A stretch of DNA of 64,000 nt from the human T2T-CHM13v2.0 reference genome, Homo sapiens: NCBI RefSeq assembly GCF_009914755.1, contig NC_060935.1; one strand, written 5' to 3'. Of this stretch, positions 33,055 to 53,154 are shown in pieces. Position 1 is the stretch's first letter. Each line of letters opens with the position of its first letter. A program made the translations under genes and the position numbers. The notes beneath the pieces were generated by a model. That model made no database searches. It worked only from the letters and a program-made list of their open reading frames with translations, and had not been told where the DNA came from.

Positions 33055-33557
33055 TGATCACACTTTTAAAATGTCTATGGCCTACACCAGACTGGGAGCC
33101 CCTCAGAGCAGAGGTTGGTCTGATTAAGCACTGATGTCCCCACTTCTCAGTGGCAAGGCTCCTGCTAGCTCCTACACTTTGGGGAGGGAGCAGGAGCTGG
33201 GTGTCAGGAGGCCCAGTCCATTTCCTTCCCTGGACTGCAGTCCCTCATCTGTATGTTGGAGACTGAGGGCCCCTGGCTGATCCTCTAAGGACTGGGAGTG
33301 AAATTTTGGGGGTAGGGACAGCAGCTGACCTCCAAGACACCCTTATCAGTCCTCTATAGGCAACCCCAGACGGACATGAGACTGGGCTGTGCAACAGGCG
33401 TGATCTGGGCCATTCCAGCCAAAGGTCAATCCTCAGTAGCCAGCTGCAACTGGCCTGGCCCTGGGCCCTACTTGCCCATCCCCCTACCGTCTCCTCCCCT
33501 GAGAGCCAGGAATAAAAGGGATCTTGGCTGGCCACACTTCTGGCGTGGGCTCAGGAA

Positions 33558-33780
33558 CACGTGTGCAGACATGTATGTATGTCTATGGCTATGCTTCTGC
33601 AAGAACATCTATATGTGTGTATGGGCTTGTGTGAAAGCATGTACACACCTGTGCATGAGTCTGTGGGTGCATGTCTGTGCACTAGCATGTGTGCTTCACA
33701 AGCATAGTCACGCAAGTATGCTCCTGTGCCCCCATGTGTCTGAGGGTGCAAGACTCTGGGTGTGACTCTGTGCATGTTTA
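33558..33780. repeat. Degenerate TG/CA-rich simple repeat
   Basis: Imperfect tgtgtg/gcatgt alternation. Confidence 0.65.
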
Positions 33781-36700
33781 TCAGCAGGCGTTGAGAGGAG
33801 AGAGGAGAGTCAGCCCCCTTCAGCCCTGCCAAACGATGACATCTGGTTCTTTGGGATTCCCCTGACCCTGTTCCCTGCCCTCACACTCCAATGCTCTCGT
33901 TTGAGGGGCCAGATTCTGGCATCCAGTCTAGAGGGACCCTCACCTCTTCTCTCATCAATCCTGTGCTTTGCAGGGAGATCTAGAATCCTGAAATAATCAG
34001 GATGAATCTAAGGGTGGTGAAGGGGACACTGGAATGCCCCACCAGATTCCCTTTTATCATTCTGTGTACACCATTCTATTGGCTTTTCTTGCTAACCACC
34101 TGCCTATGCAACTCTCCTGGCTTGCCTTGTACTACCGAAGACACTTTTCCCTATGTGCAGAGAGTATGGTAAATGTCTGGGAGTTACATTACCCCATTCT
34201 CCCCTCAGGTGACCCTCAGACTAAATGGCGAAAGGCACCTGCCTTGCTTTCCACTGGAACAAACTCTGGAGCAAAAGCCATCCCCTGGAGCTCCCCTGAG
34301 GGATCAGGCTGAGGTTGCACTGAACTTGAGTCACAAGCTTGCTTTGCTTTTCCCCTCCCCTGCCCTGATTCCCCAACCCCCTCTTTAGTTTCTCTCGTGG
34401 GCATTTCCTTCACAAACCAATAATCTCAGGGTTGGCTTCCAGGGAACCAACCTAAGACAGAGAGGATGAGCCTAGAAACCATGAACCCTGACTATCTCCC
34501 TGCACCACCAACGTACAAAGAGGACACTGAGGCTCAGAGAGGGGGTGTCTATCTACAGAGGCCCCCTCTTTGCATGCTGTACTTGCCTCCTTCATCTCCA
34601 TCACCTACCTTACCACCACCTCCCCTGCAGGCCCCAGGTCCTCTCTGAAATGCCCTCAATATCCTTGGGTTAGAAAAGTTTCTTGAGCCTGCTTAGATCT
34701 CCCAATCCTGGGGGTGCCCGCTCATCTCTCCTTGGAGAGTGAAGCACTCAGGATTGAAAAGCAAAACAGAAAAAAAAAAGAGAGAGAGAGAAATAGAGAG
34801 AGAGATCTGAAGATGGGGATCAGCAAGGCAAGAATTCCTCTGCCAATGCCCCCTCACTGTCTCCAAGGGGGGACAACTGGGAGGCAAATGGGGTTCGGGT
34901 GGTAAGATCTCACTTCTCTTTCTCAGATGAGGCCGTGTATGGTAGAAAAGGTACTGTATTGGAGATTGGGAGACCTGGATTCCAACTTCAACTCTCTCAT
35001 CACCTGACTGAATAAAGAAGCCCAACTTCAACTCTCTCCTCAACTGACTAAATAACTTTAAAGAAGTCAACCCTTCAGAGTTGAAACTTCAAGAGTTTCA
35101 AGAGTCAAAATATCTGAGTCAAAGCTCTGAAGAACTCCATTTCCCCATCTGTGGAACGGCAGCAGTGGAAGACAGAGAAGTGTAGCATTTCAGCGACAAG
35201 ATTCCAGCCTCAAATTCACTTCCTAGGCAATCTCTTCGAATACACAAATCAGTTACTAGCCCCATCTGTGCCTTAGTTTCCTCATTTGTCGATGGAGATG
35301 ATTGCAGGACTGACCTCACGGGTTGTTCTGAGGATTAAATGGGATACTGCACGTAGAGCCCTTTGCAGGTCCCCAGCACACAGCGAGCTTTAGATAGCTG
35401 GTGGCTATTTTTGCCCTTGTTATGTATCATTCCAGAGTTGTATAACTGGCTTGGTCCTGTGGCCTCACCAACTTGACACAACTCCTAGGCTCTGTATCAA
35501 AGGACATTGCACAGAGGAGACAATGTCTGGTGGAAGGAGAGTTTAAAGGGCTTCCCTTCTCCCAGTCTCACCTGCCCTGCCTCTAATGCCTTTCCTGGCT
35601 TCAGAAAGAGGAAACAGATTCCCCAGGGGCTCCGGGCACACAGCTGGGCTCCCAGGTGAGCTGATCCGTGTGGGATGAGTGTGCGGCTCTAACCTGATGT
35701 GGTCTGCTGAATAGCACAGTCAAATCCTATTTCCTTTCCATTTAGTGAAGTGGATCGAAATAATGCAGGCGTAACCTTTTCCCACTTTCCGTGCCAGCAT
35801 TCATTCAGAGAGGGTTTTGTCATTGTTACTGATGTTGCTGTTTTTGTTTTATTGTGATTCTTCAGGTTAGAATGTATTTATTTTGTAGTATTTCTTTAAA
35901 ATTTTTGAAATTATGGTGAAATATAAGGAACATAAAATTTACCATTGGAACCATTTTTAAGTGTACAGTTCAATGGTGTTAAGCACGTTCACATTGTTGG
36001 GTAACCATCACCACCACCCATCTCCAGAAAGCTCTTCATCTTGTAAAAGCAAAACTCCATTAAACAGTAACTCCCCACCCCTTTCAATCCCCTTGTCTTT
36101 GCTTTTTTTTGTTGTTGATCTGTGCAAGAATTGGGTTTTGTAGTATGATCTCTTTAATAAATATTCACCAATGGTTCCTGACCTGGCACTCTACTAGGCC
36201 TGGAATGCAGGGGGTACTTGAGGCTTATCATCAGCTCTGAAGGTTTAGGATTCAATAAGACTGAAAAAATGGAAGAAATTTTTTTTCCAAGTATTCATTC
36301 AACAAAATGTTCCTGACCTTATCAGGCACATGGGACCAGGAAATAGCAATGGGAGATAAACCCTTTCCCCACCCTGGAGGTACTCATGTCCAATGCCACA
36401 GTAAAGGAGGTGGTGTGACCAGTGGCTATCTGGGCTTCCCCTCCCCATGCCTCTCTGCTTAGCAAAATCCTAGCCCCACACTAGCAGAGGGAAGCACAAA
36501 CCGCTATGGAAATGCAGGGGTGCAAACAACCCATTGCGTACCCATAGGTGTGCAGGAACTATGGAAGGCTGAGGGTGGAGAAGAGCTGAGAAAGGACTGA
36601 TCAAAATTTAACTTGTATGTTTGAAAGGACACTATCGAGAAATGTTAAAGATAACCCACAGAATGGAATAAAATATTTGCAAAGCATATATCTGATAAGG

Positions 36701-36848
36701 AACTGGTATCTACAATACATTAAGAAATCTTGCAACTCAAAAATAAAAAGACAACCTAATTAAAAAATGGACAAAGGATCTGACTAGACTCTTCTCCAAA
36801 GAAGATACATAAATGCCCAATAAACACATGAAAAAAATGCTAAACATT

Positions 36849-37156
36849 GGCCAGGCACAGTGGCTCACATCTGTAATCCCAGCACTCTGGGAGACTGAGG
36901 TAGGAAGATCACATGAGGCCAGGAGTTTGAGACCACTCTGAGCAACAAAGTGAGACCCGCATCCCTACACACACAAAAAAAGAAAAAAATTAGCCCAGGG
37001 ATGGTAGTGCATACCTGTAGTCCCAGCTACCCAGGAGGCTGAGGTGGGAGGATCACTTGAGCCCAGGAAGTCAAGGCTGCAGTGAGCCATGATTATCTCA
37101 CTGTACTACTTCCTGGATGACAGTGAGACCCTGTCTTTAAAAAAACAAAAAAAAAA
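36849..37156 (+). mobile_element. Alu (AluJ-like)
   Basis: gaggatcacttgagcccaggaagtcaaggctgcagtgagccatgat is J-type. Confidence 0.93.
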
Positions 37157-37373
37157 TTGCCCGATGTCATTAGTCCTCAGAGAAATATGAATCAAAACTA
37201 CAGTGAGACACCACTTCATACCCACTAGGATGGCTACAATAAAAAGTCAGGTAATAACAAGTGTTGTCGAGGATGTGGAGAAATTAGAACCCTCAAACAC
37301 TACTGGTGGGAATGTAAAATGGTGCAAGCAATTTGAAAAATAGTCTGGAAGTTCTTCAAAAATTTAAGCATGT

Positions 37374-37797
<424 letters not shown>

Positions 37798-37868
37798 TTA
37801 TTCATAACAGCCAAAAGGAGGAAACCACCCATATGTCCATCAATTGATGAACAGATAAACAAAAGGCG

Positions 37869-37903
37869 TTAGGTTGGTGCGAAAGTCATTGAGGTTTTTG
37901 CCA
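37869..37903. mobile_element. Half MADE1 (Hsmar1 MITE), single terminal inverted repeat
   Basis: ttaggttggtgcgaaagtcattgaggtttttgcca closely matches the MADE1 TIR as I recall it (TTAGGTTGGTGCAAAAGTAATTGCGGTTTTTGCCA). Confidence 0.8.
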
Positions 37904-38942
37904 ATAGCATCCCTACAATGGACTATTATTTGATCGTAAAAAGTAATGAAATACTGGCCGGGCGCGGTGGCTCATGCCTGTAATCCCAGCACTTTGGGAG
38001 GCCGAGGCGGGTGGATCACAAGGTCAAGAGATGGAGACCGGAGGAGCCAAGATGGCCGAATAGGAACAGCTCCGGTCTACAGCTCCCAGCATGAGCGACA
38101 CAGAAGACGGGTGATTTCTGCATTTCCATCTGAGGTACCGGGTTCATCTCACTAGGGAGTGCCAGACAGTGGGCGCAGGTCAGTGAGTGCGCGCACTGTG
38201 CGCGAGCCGAAGCAGGGCGAGGCATTGCCTCACTTGGGAAGCGCAAGGGGTCAGGGAGTTCCCTTTCCGAGTCAAAGAAAGGGGTGACGGATGCACCTGG
38301 AAAATCAGGTCACTCCCTCCCGAATATTGTGCTTTTCCGACCGGCTTAAAAAACGGCGCACCACGAGATTATATCCTGCACCTGGCTCGGAGGGTCCTAC
38401 GCCCACGGAGTCTCACAGATTGCTAGCACAGCAGTCTGAGATCAAACTGCAAGGCGGCAGCGAGGCTGGGGGAGGGGCGCCCGCCATTGCCCTGGCTTGC
38501 TTAGGTAAACAAAGCAGCCGGGAAGCTCGAACTGGGTGGAGCCCACCACAGCTCAAGGAAGCCTGCCTGCCTCTGTAGGCTCCACCTCTGGGGGCAGGGC
38601 ACAGACAAACAAAAAGACAGCAGTAACCTCTGCAGACTTAAATGTCCCTGTCTGACAGCTTTGAAGAGAGCAGTGGTTCTCCCAGCACGCAGCTGGAGAT
38701 CTGAGAACGGGCAGACTGCCTCCTCAAGTGGGTCCCTGACCCCTGACCCCCGAGCAGCCTAACTGGGAGGCACCCCCCAGCAGGGGCACACTGACACCTC
38801 ACACGGCAGGGTATTCCAACAGACCTGCAGCTGAGGGTCCTGTCTGTTAGAAGGAAAACTAACAAACAGAAAGGACATCCACACCAAAAACCCATCTGTA
38901 CATCACCATCATCAAAGACCAAAAGTAGATAAAACCACAAAG

Positions 38943-39959
38943 ATGGGGAAAAAACAGAACAGAAAAACTGGAAACTCTAAAACGCAGAGCGCCTCTCCTC
39001 CTCCAAAGGAACGCAGTTCCTCACCAGCAACGGAACAAAGCCGGATGGAGAATGACTTTGACGAGCTGAGAGAAGAAGGCTTCAGACGATCAAATTACTC
39101 TGAGCTACGGGAGGACATTCAAACCAAAGGCAAAGAAGTTGAAAACTTTGAAAAAAATTTAGAAGAATGTATAACTAGAATAACCAATACAGAGAAGTGC
39201 TTAAAGGAGCTGATGGAGCTGAAAACCAAGGCTCGAGAACTACGTGAAGAATGCAGAAGCCTCAGGAGCCGATGCGATCAACTGGAAGAAAGGGTATCAG
39301 CAATGGAAGATGAAATGAATGAAATGAAGCGAGAAGGGAAGTTTAGAGAAAAAAGAATAAAAAGAAATGAGCAAAGCCTCCAAGAAGTATGGGACTATGT
39401 GAAAAGACCAAATCTACGTCTCATTGGTGTACCTGAAAGTGATGGGGAGAATGGAACCAAGTTGGAAAACACTCTGCAGGATATTATCCAGGAGAACTTC
39501 CCCAATCTAGCAAGGCAGGCCAACGTTCAGATTCAGGAAATACAGAGAACGCCACAAAGATACTCCTTGAGAAGAGCAACTCCAAGACACATAATTGTCA
39601 GATTCACCAAAGTTGAAATGAAGGAAAAAATGTTAAGGGCAGCCAGAGAGAAAGGTCGGGTTACCCTCAAAGGGAAGCCCATCAGACTAACAGTGGATCT
39701 CTCGGCAGAAACCCTACAAGCCAGAAGAGAGTGGGGGCCAATGTTCAACATTCTTAAAGAAAAGAATTTTCAACCCAGAATTTCATATCCAGCCAAACTA
39801 AGCTTCATAAGTGAAGGAGAAATAAAATACTTTACAGACAAGCAAATGCTGAGAGATTTTGTCACCACCAGGCCTGCCCTAAAAGAGCTTCTGAAGGAAG
39901 TGCTAAACATGGAAAGCAACAACCGGTACCAGCCGCTGCAAAATCATGCCCAAATGTAA
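38943..39959 (+). CDS. L1 ORF1p (RNA-binding chaperone), intact 338 aa
   Basis: MGKKQNRKTGNSK...; REKG, ARR and YPAKLS motifs retained. Confidence 0.95.
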   Translation: MGKKQNRKTGNSKTQSASPPPKERSSSPATEQSRMENDFDELREEGFRRSNYSELREDIQTKGKEVENFEKNLEECITRITNTEKCLKELMELKTKARELREECRSLRSRCDQLEERVSAMEDEMNEMKREGKFREKRIKRNEQSLQEVWDYVKRPNLRLIGVPESDGENGTKLENTLQDIIQENFPNLARQANVQIQEIQRTPQRYSLRRATPRHIIVRFTKVEMKEKMLRAAREKGRVTLKGKPIRLTVDLSAETLQARREWGPMFNILKEKNFQPRISYPAKLSFISEGEIKYFTDKQMLRDFVTTRPALKELLKEVLNMESNNRYQPLQNHAQM

Positions 39960-39995
39960 AGACCATCGAGAATAGGAAGAAACTGCATCAACTAA

Positions 39996-43849
<3,854 letters not shown>

Positions 43850-44057
43850 ACAATGAGATCACATGGACACAGGAAGGGGAATATCACACTCTGGGGACTG
43901 TGGTGGGGTGGGGGGAGGGGGGAGGGGTAGCATTGGGAGATATACCTAATGCTAGATGACGAGTTAGTGGGTGCAGTGCACCAGTATGGCACATGTATAC
44001 ATATGTAACTAACCTGCACAATGTGCACATGTACCCTAAAACTTAAAGTATAATTTA

Positions 44058-44375
<318 letters not shown>

Positions 44376-45003
44376 TCACATTTCATGATTCAGTTTAACC
44401 ATTTCAAAGTGTATAATTCAGTGGCATTAATTACATTTACAATGTTGCACAAATAATACCATCTCATTCCAGAATTTTTTTTAATCCCAACCATAAACCT
44501 CATACCTATTCTCCCTTCTTTCCAGGCCTTGGCAACTACAGAGTTTTTGGTGTGTTTTTGTTTTGCTTTTTTGAGATGATGAAATGTTTTAAAATTGATT
44601 GTGGTGACAGTTGCACAACTCTGTAAACATACTAAAATCCATTGAATTGTGTACTTTAAATTGGTGAATTGTGTGGTATATGCATTAAATCTCAATAAAG
44701 CTGTTACAAAAAAAAGAAAGAAAGAAACATTGAGAAGAATCCTCTGACATTCCAGTCTCTCCCCTCAGCACAAGTTAGCAGGTGTCAACCACTAGAAAAA
44801 TTTGCAAACATGGCAACAGCAAAACCCAAACCTAGCTCAACTCTGACTAGATCAGCTCAAAAACCACAAATATCAATATACATGATATTTGAAATTCCAT
44901 CAAAAAACAGGTGATACTCACACACACAAAAATATCCATTATCAAGAAATAAAACACACAGAAGAACCAGACTGAAAGAAAAAGTGAAACCATAAGATGT
45001 TGG

Positions 45004-45282
<279 letters not shown>

Positions 45283-45289
45283 GATGTTA

Positions 45290-47010
<1,721 letters not shown>

Positions 47011-48101
47011 TGTCCTAACGGAGGCCCTCAGAAACAGCCAAGTCGTTTCTTCCACATCTGTACCTGGTCTAATTGTGACGCTTGGGGCAGCCATGAAGGG
47101 AAGGGCTACACAGTGTTCAAACTGCTGTGGGGATCAAGCCTTCAGCCCTAAGTGGATGGGGTTAGCCTGGCAGAGGCCACACTGTGCTAACTGATAGGGT
47201 TCAAAATCTCAAGTTTATCTCAGGTCTGAGTCTGTTTCTCAACATCAGGTACACAAGAAATGGTGGCCATGGACTTAATTCTGGAGATTGCCCAATGGCA
47301 GTGTTGGAAAACTCCCACATTTAGGCTTTTCTTTTCTGTCCAAGCCACGTTGGACAGCATCTGACACAGGGCTCTCTCTCTATCTCTCTCTCTCTCCTCA
47401 TCACCCCACCACTCCACCCCTTCTTCCATTCAGGCCCAGGTAAATAGAATAAGAACAAGCAAGGGCTTTGATATCGAAATAACCAAGATTCAAGTCCCTG
47501 CTCTTCCTCTAACTAGCTACCACTTCTCTAAGCCTCAGTTTACTCATTTATATTTTAATGTTGTGAACTCACACCTCCAAGATTGCTGTAGAGGTTAAAT
47601 AACAAGATGCAGGTATACTGTTATGAACAAGGTCAAGGCTAAATTGCTATCAGTCTCTGGTCTCTTCCCAACTCCAATGCGGATTACTCCCTCCTCTTAG
47701 TTTGACCTTGAACTTCAGAAGCTCCAGGAAGCCAGGGACTGGGTCTGTTTTCTTCTCACCGTTGTATCTCTAATACCTACACAGGTCTTGCAAGGCAAAG
47801 AGCATGTATATAATAACTGTGTTAAATGAATGAGTGAATGAATAAATGGATGAATGAATGACAACAGTCATTCTAGGTACCATGAGATTTAATACTGGAT
47901 GCCACAATGTATTTTCCAAGTTCCCAGAGTGCACATGATTGCAGAGGCAGGAATGGGCAACAAGATGGATAAGATCCAGTCTTTACCCTTGAGGAACCCA
48001 ATAGTGTTTTCTGGTGACTTCCTTGTGCCAGATCTGCTCAGAATCAGCTTTGTCCCTGCCTACAGTCAGGTGGAGAGGGAGGAATGTAGACAGATACATT
48101 A

Positions 48102-48437
<336 letters not shown>

Positions 48438-50227
48438 CTAGCAGGGAAGGACTCTACTCCCAAATTTCCAGCCCAAACACCAGTGTTAAAGTTTTTGTTT
48501 GTTTGTTTGTTTGTTTTTGTGCAGCAAGCAGCAGAAGTGTTAAAGTTTAAGTGAAAGTTTTAAAAAGGGGTATGTGTGGTTGTAAAGAAGGCTTCTTGGA
48601 GGAAGATGCATCAAGACAGGACAGATGGACAGGGTGTGAAAAAGGGGGAGCTTGGGGAAGGGCTTGAGCTCAAGAGCACAGTGTGGGCAGGGACCCAGAG
48701 GTGGAAAAGCACGTTCAGGGGCAGGGCAAGTGACCTGATGGGCCTAGGGAGCTGGACCCACATTAGAGCATGGCGGTGGGAGAGGAGTGGAGGCGGCTGG
48801 AGAGAGTGGCAGGAGCAGGATGATGTGAGGCCTTGAATGCCAAGTTAAGGAGCTGGGGCCTCATCCTAAGAACTATGGGGAGCCACGAGAAACAATGGTT
48901 GGGTTCTGTGTTCTGAAGCTCATTCTGGGAATCTGGAGACAGGGGACCAGTGAAGAGGATAGTACAGCTGTCTATGCAAGGTGGCATGGCCCAAGGCAGA
49001 AGAGAGAAGGAGAGAACTGTTTCCTGGTTGTTGGGCATAGAGGTATCAGTGTGAATGTTTTTGTATGTGTCCATGAGCACAAGTAATCTTTCTCAGAGAG
49101 TCAGCCTAAAAAAAAAAAAAAACCCAACCCTATTCAGTTTCATGACCCAGCATACCCAGCAGCCTGGGGGAGGCCAAAGTTACCAAAGAAAGAGGCTGAG
49201 AGACATTCAGTTAAAGCCTGACTTTATAGTTCTTCCTCATCAACACCATCCTGCAAATTCACATTCATCTACAGGCTTTCAGGGTGTTTTAATCCCAGTT
49301 ATCTCACCCAAAATATTTGCTTTTCCGCCTTTCTTTGTGTTTCCTGTATGCCTCATGTCAGCATCCTTGTTCAGGTCACTTACTTAAAAAAAAAAAAAAA
49401 TCCATAAGGCCGGGCTGAGGTGGAGCCTGGAGTGACCAGGAAACCACTCTAGAATGAACTCCTACCTGAGGCAGCTCCTCCTCCCTAGCAGAGCCCACAC
49501 TGGCCTGCTGATCACCTCCCTGCTCAGGACTCTGCTGATACCATAGACCTAGTCCTAGGCCAGTTTGGGAATCTAGAGAGGCCATTGAAAAGAAAACTGA
49601 TATATGGATACCACCCCTCCTCGGTGACTCAATCGTAGCTCCTGACAACTCAGGGTTTTGTTTTTTTGTTTGTTTGTTTTTTCTCTTGAGGGTTACAGAG
49701 CATCATTTATAGAATGCAGTTTATACAACTGACCTCAGAATATGGCCAGGATTTTGCAGCTATTATAGAGCATGGTCTCTGGAGCCAGACCATCTCAGCT
49801 TAAATCCTGGCTCTGCCACTTCCTAAGCTGTGTGACCTTGGGCAATTTTTTTTAACCTCTTTGTGTCTCAATTTCTCCATCTGAAAAATGGACTCATATA
49901 GTATCTACTCCAAAGGGTTGTTGTGAGGCTTAACTAAATCCACCCATGTAAGGAACCTAGAATAGTAACTGGCAGACAGTAAATACTCACTGAAGTTTAA
50001 CACCTGTTATATTGCCTGTTATAGTTCATGAAAACTGTTGCTTCTCCTTTTGGAAAAATCAGGATGGCACTAGCCCACCTCCAGTCTCCCAACGCTTCTC
50101 CAGCTGAACAGCATTTCCTAGAGATTACAGATTCTGTAATCTGCAGGTTCTCTGAGATGCAGTTGGAACAATTTAATACAGCAGAGCAGTCCCATGCTCC
50201 ACTGTAGTCTCACTGCAAAACAGTTCA

Positions 50228-50402
50228 GCAGCGGTTCTCAAAATGTGGGCTTCAAACTAGCAGTATCAGCATGTCCTGGGAACTTGTTAGAAATGCACAT
50301 TCTCAGCCTCACTCCAGAACCTACTGAATCAGAAACTCTGGGGGTGGAACCCAGAAAGCTATATTTTAACCAGCCCTCTGCTAATGTTTGAAAACTGCCA
50401 CA
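50228..50402. mobile_element. MER5A-like hAT MITE
   Basis: cagcggttctcaaa...gggaacttgttagaaatgcacattctcag...acctactgaatcagaaactctggggg. Confidence 0.8.
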
Positions 50403-51024
50403 GCATATTATAGCACAGTGGTTTATTTAGGTAGATATGGCGCAGTTCATTGCCCACTCCTCCACAAAGTGTTCCTGATTCCCCCAGAACCCTCTTTTAC
50501 TAACAGCTCTAACTTCCTCCCTGTATTACTGTTGTCCATGCTCAAAAGTGCTCAATCCTCCCTGGATTACAGGTTACCTGAGAGCAGTGTTGGGTCTTAC
50601 ACATCTCTGCACTGGGCAGCCCAGGGGCTGCCACAGGGACCTTTGCTTAGGAAAGACATGCTGAGTCAAGCGTGCAACATTTCCAGTTTCCTCTGACTAA
50701 GGCTACTATTACTGAGCCTCTGCTCCTTCCAGGACCCTTGCTCATACTGCATTTTCCTTTGTGAATTGTGGTCATCTCCTATGCTAAGATGCCTGGTTCT
50801 TTGTCATTTCTAGTATCCTCCAGTTCCACTGCCTTCTCAGGCATTTTACTCTTCTCCCTCCCTTTATGTTTGTTCAAAGCCCTTTGGAGAAGGTGTCAGA
50901 GCTCCAGGCAAACCTGTCACCCTAATCCTTATTTTCAATCATAATACTTCTACTGGTAACAATTTGTCAAGTACTATATGCCAGGCCCTGTCCTGGGCAT
51001 TTTACATTCATTCATTCATTCACT

Positions 51025-51313
51025 TAGAGACAGGGTGTCTCTCTGCTGCCCAGGCTGCAGCGCAGTGACACGATCATAGCTCACTGCGGCCTCTAACTCC
51101 TGGACTCAAGCAATCCTCCCCTCCCCCTACCTTGGCCTCCTACGTAGCTGGGACTACAGACACATGCCACCATGCCTAGGTAATTTTTTTTTTTTGGGTA
51201 GAGATGGGGTCTGTCTGTGTTGCCCAGGCTGGTCTTCAACTCCTGGGCTCAAATGATCCTCATGCCTCAGCATCCCAAAGTACTGAGATTACAGGCATGA
51301 GCCATTGTGCCCA
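51025..51313 (-). mobile_element. Alu (AluJ-like)
   Basis: gatcatagctcactgc...tcctgggctcaaatgatcctc. Confidence 0.92.
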
Positions 51314-51845
51314 TATGGCACTTTACATTTATTATTTTAGTCTTTACAACAACCCTAGGAGGAAGATACCTATTCCCATTTGGATGGAGCACAGGGAAAC
51401 TGAGGCTCAAACACAGTAAGCAACATTAACATGTGGCAAGGTGGGGGCTTATTCAGTCTGGGGCCAAGTCAGGGTCTGGGTGGATGGACCAGGAGAAGGG
51501 CCTTGTCTAGGCATATGTATTCATATAAAAATGATCCACCAACAAACCTGTCCAGTGCCCTTGCTCAGGAAGATGGGTCTGACCAGGTGCCAGCCCACCA
51601 GGGTGCCTTTCCACAGTGTGCAGGGGGCATCCACCTGAATGCCCGTCTTCAGTGCATCCCCTGGCCCTGCACTTGCTATTCTGTGCAGCAGGAGTTTCAA
51701 ACTGTGTTCCACAGAGCCCTGGAGATAGGGTGTGTGGGCTGGGCAAGTGAGAGACAAACCCTGAGGAACTGTGGGACCACCCCAGCAGCCTGTCATCCCT
51801 GTCACTTCTTGGGCTCTCAAGGTTGTATTTGAAGAAATGATTTCA

Positions 51846-52212
<367 letters not shown>

Positions 52213-52837
52213 TTAGGTGTCTGTTTCTTCCCCCAGAATGCCCCTAAGGAGCAAGAACTGTACCCACAGCACCCAGCACAAGGATGGGGGGTCTCAGGAA
52301 AGGTCGGCCAGATAGAAGGGCAGATGAGAAATGAATGTACTGGGAGCTCTCTGTGTAATATCCCCTCCCCCACCCTCACCCCACCCCCCAATTCCTGCAG
52401 GGAAGAGGCCTTGAGAGAGTTGAGTAAGAAATAAGCAGGCAGAATGATGCAAGGGGAGCTGTCTGTACACATTGCAACAGAACTTTCTAAAACAAGCCTG
52501 GGGCTGCTCCCAAGGGTCTCAGTCCTGCCCTATTCCTCTACTGTCATCCAGACCTGTCACACAAGATAGGGCCAAAGGCCATTACCAAGCTCTGCTAAGG
52601 CCTGACCTTAGAGCTGGGAGGTCTGTGCTCTTGGGTTCTGGTTTGAAACCCGGAGCCATCTTCAATCACCCCCTTCCTTCCTTTCAGCCCTACATCCATG
52701 CCATCAAATCCTAGAGACTCTAAAGCTTCAGCATCTCTCAAAATCACCCTCGCTTCTCTTTTGCCTTGCCACCCCTTCAGTTCAGGCTCTGTCGTCATTA
52801 TCTCTCTCCTTCCTCTCATCTGCCTCCCTCCCTTCCA

Positions 52838-53154
52838 TCCAATATCACCCAGGTCCCTCCTGTAGGCCAGGCCCAGTGTTGGGCCCTGGGACACAGAGAG
52901 GACTCTGATTCTACTTGGCCCTCAAGGAGCCTCTCCAGGAAGAATCAGCTGTATAAACACTAAGAGTTTCAGGTGCTCTGAAAGAGGGAAGCTGGAAGTC
53001 TGATGCTAGCACAGAGGTGCTGAAACTCTTAGTGTTTATACAGCTGATTCTTCCTGGAGAGGCTCCTTGAGGGCCAAGTAGAATCAGAGTCCTCTCTGTG
53101 TCCCAGGGCCCAACACTGGGCCTGGCCTACAGGAGGGACCTGGGTGATATTGGA
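52838..53154. repeat. Perfect 135-bp inverted repeat with 47-nt spacer
   Basis: 52838-52972 is the exact reverse complement of 53020-53154, checked base by base. Confidence 0.97.

Noticed and set aside
38016-38246. 76-aa antisense ORF in the L1 5' UTR as ORF0
   Set aside because: ORF0 starts further in, at 38487, and is truncated here; this is a different antisense frame.
44390-44715. Loose inverted pair of L1M 3' fragments as a hairpin
   Set aside because: Highly diverged opposed repeat remnants; ordinary.
52838-53154. Calling the palindrome a known miRNA gene or MITE
   Set aside because: I cannot match it to any miRNA or transposon TIR, and no TSD is evident; reported only as an inverted repeat.
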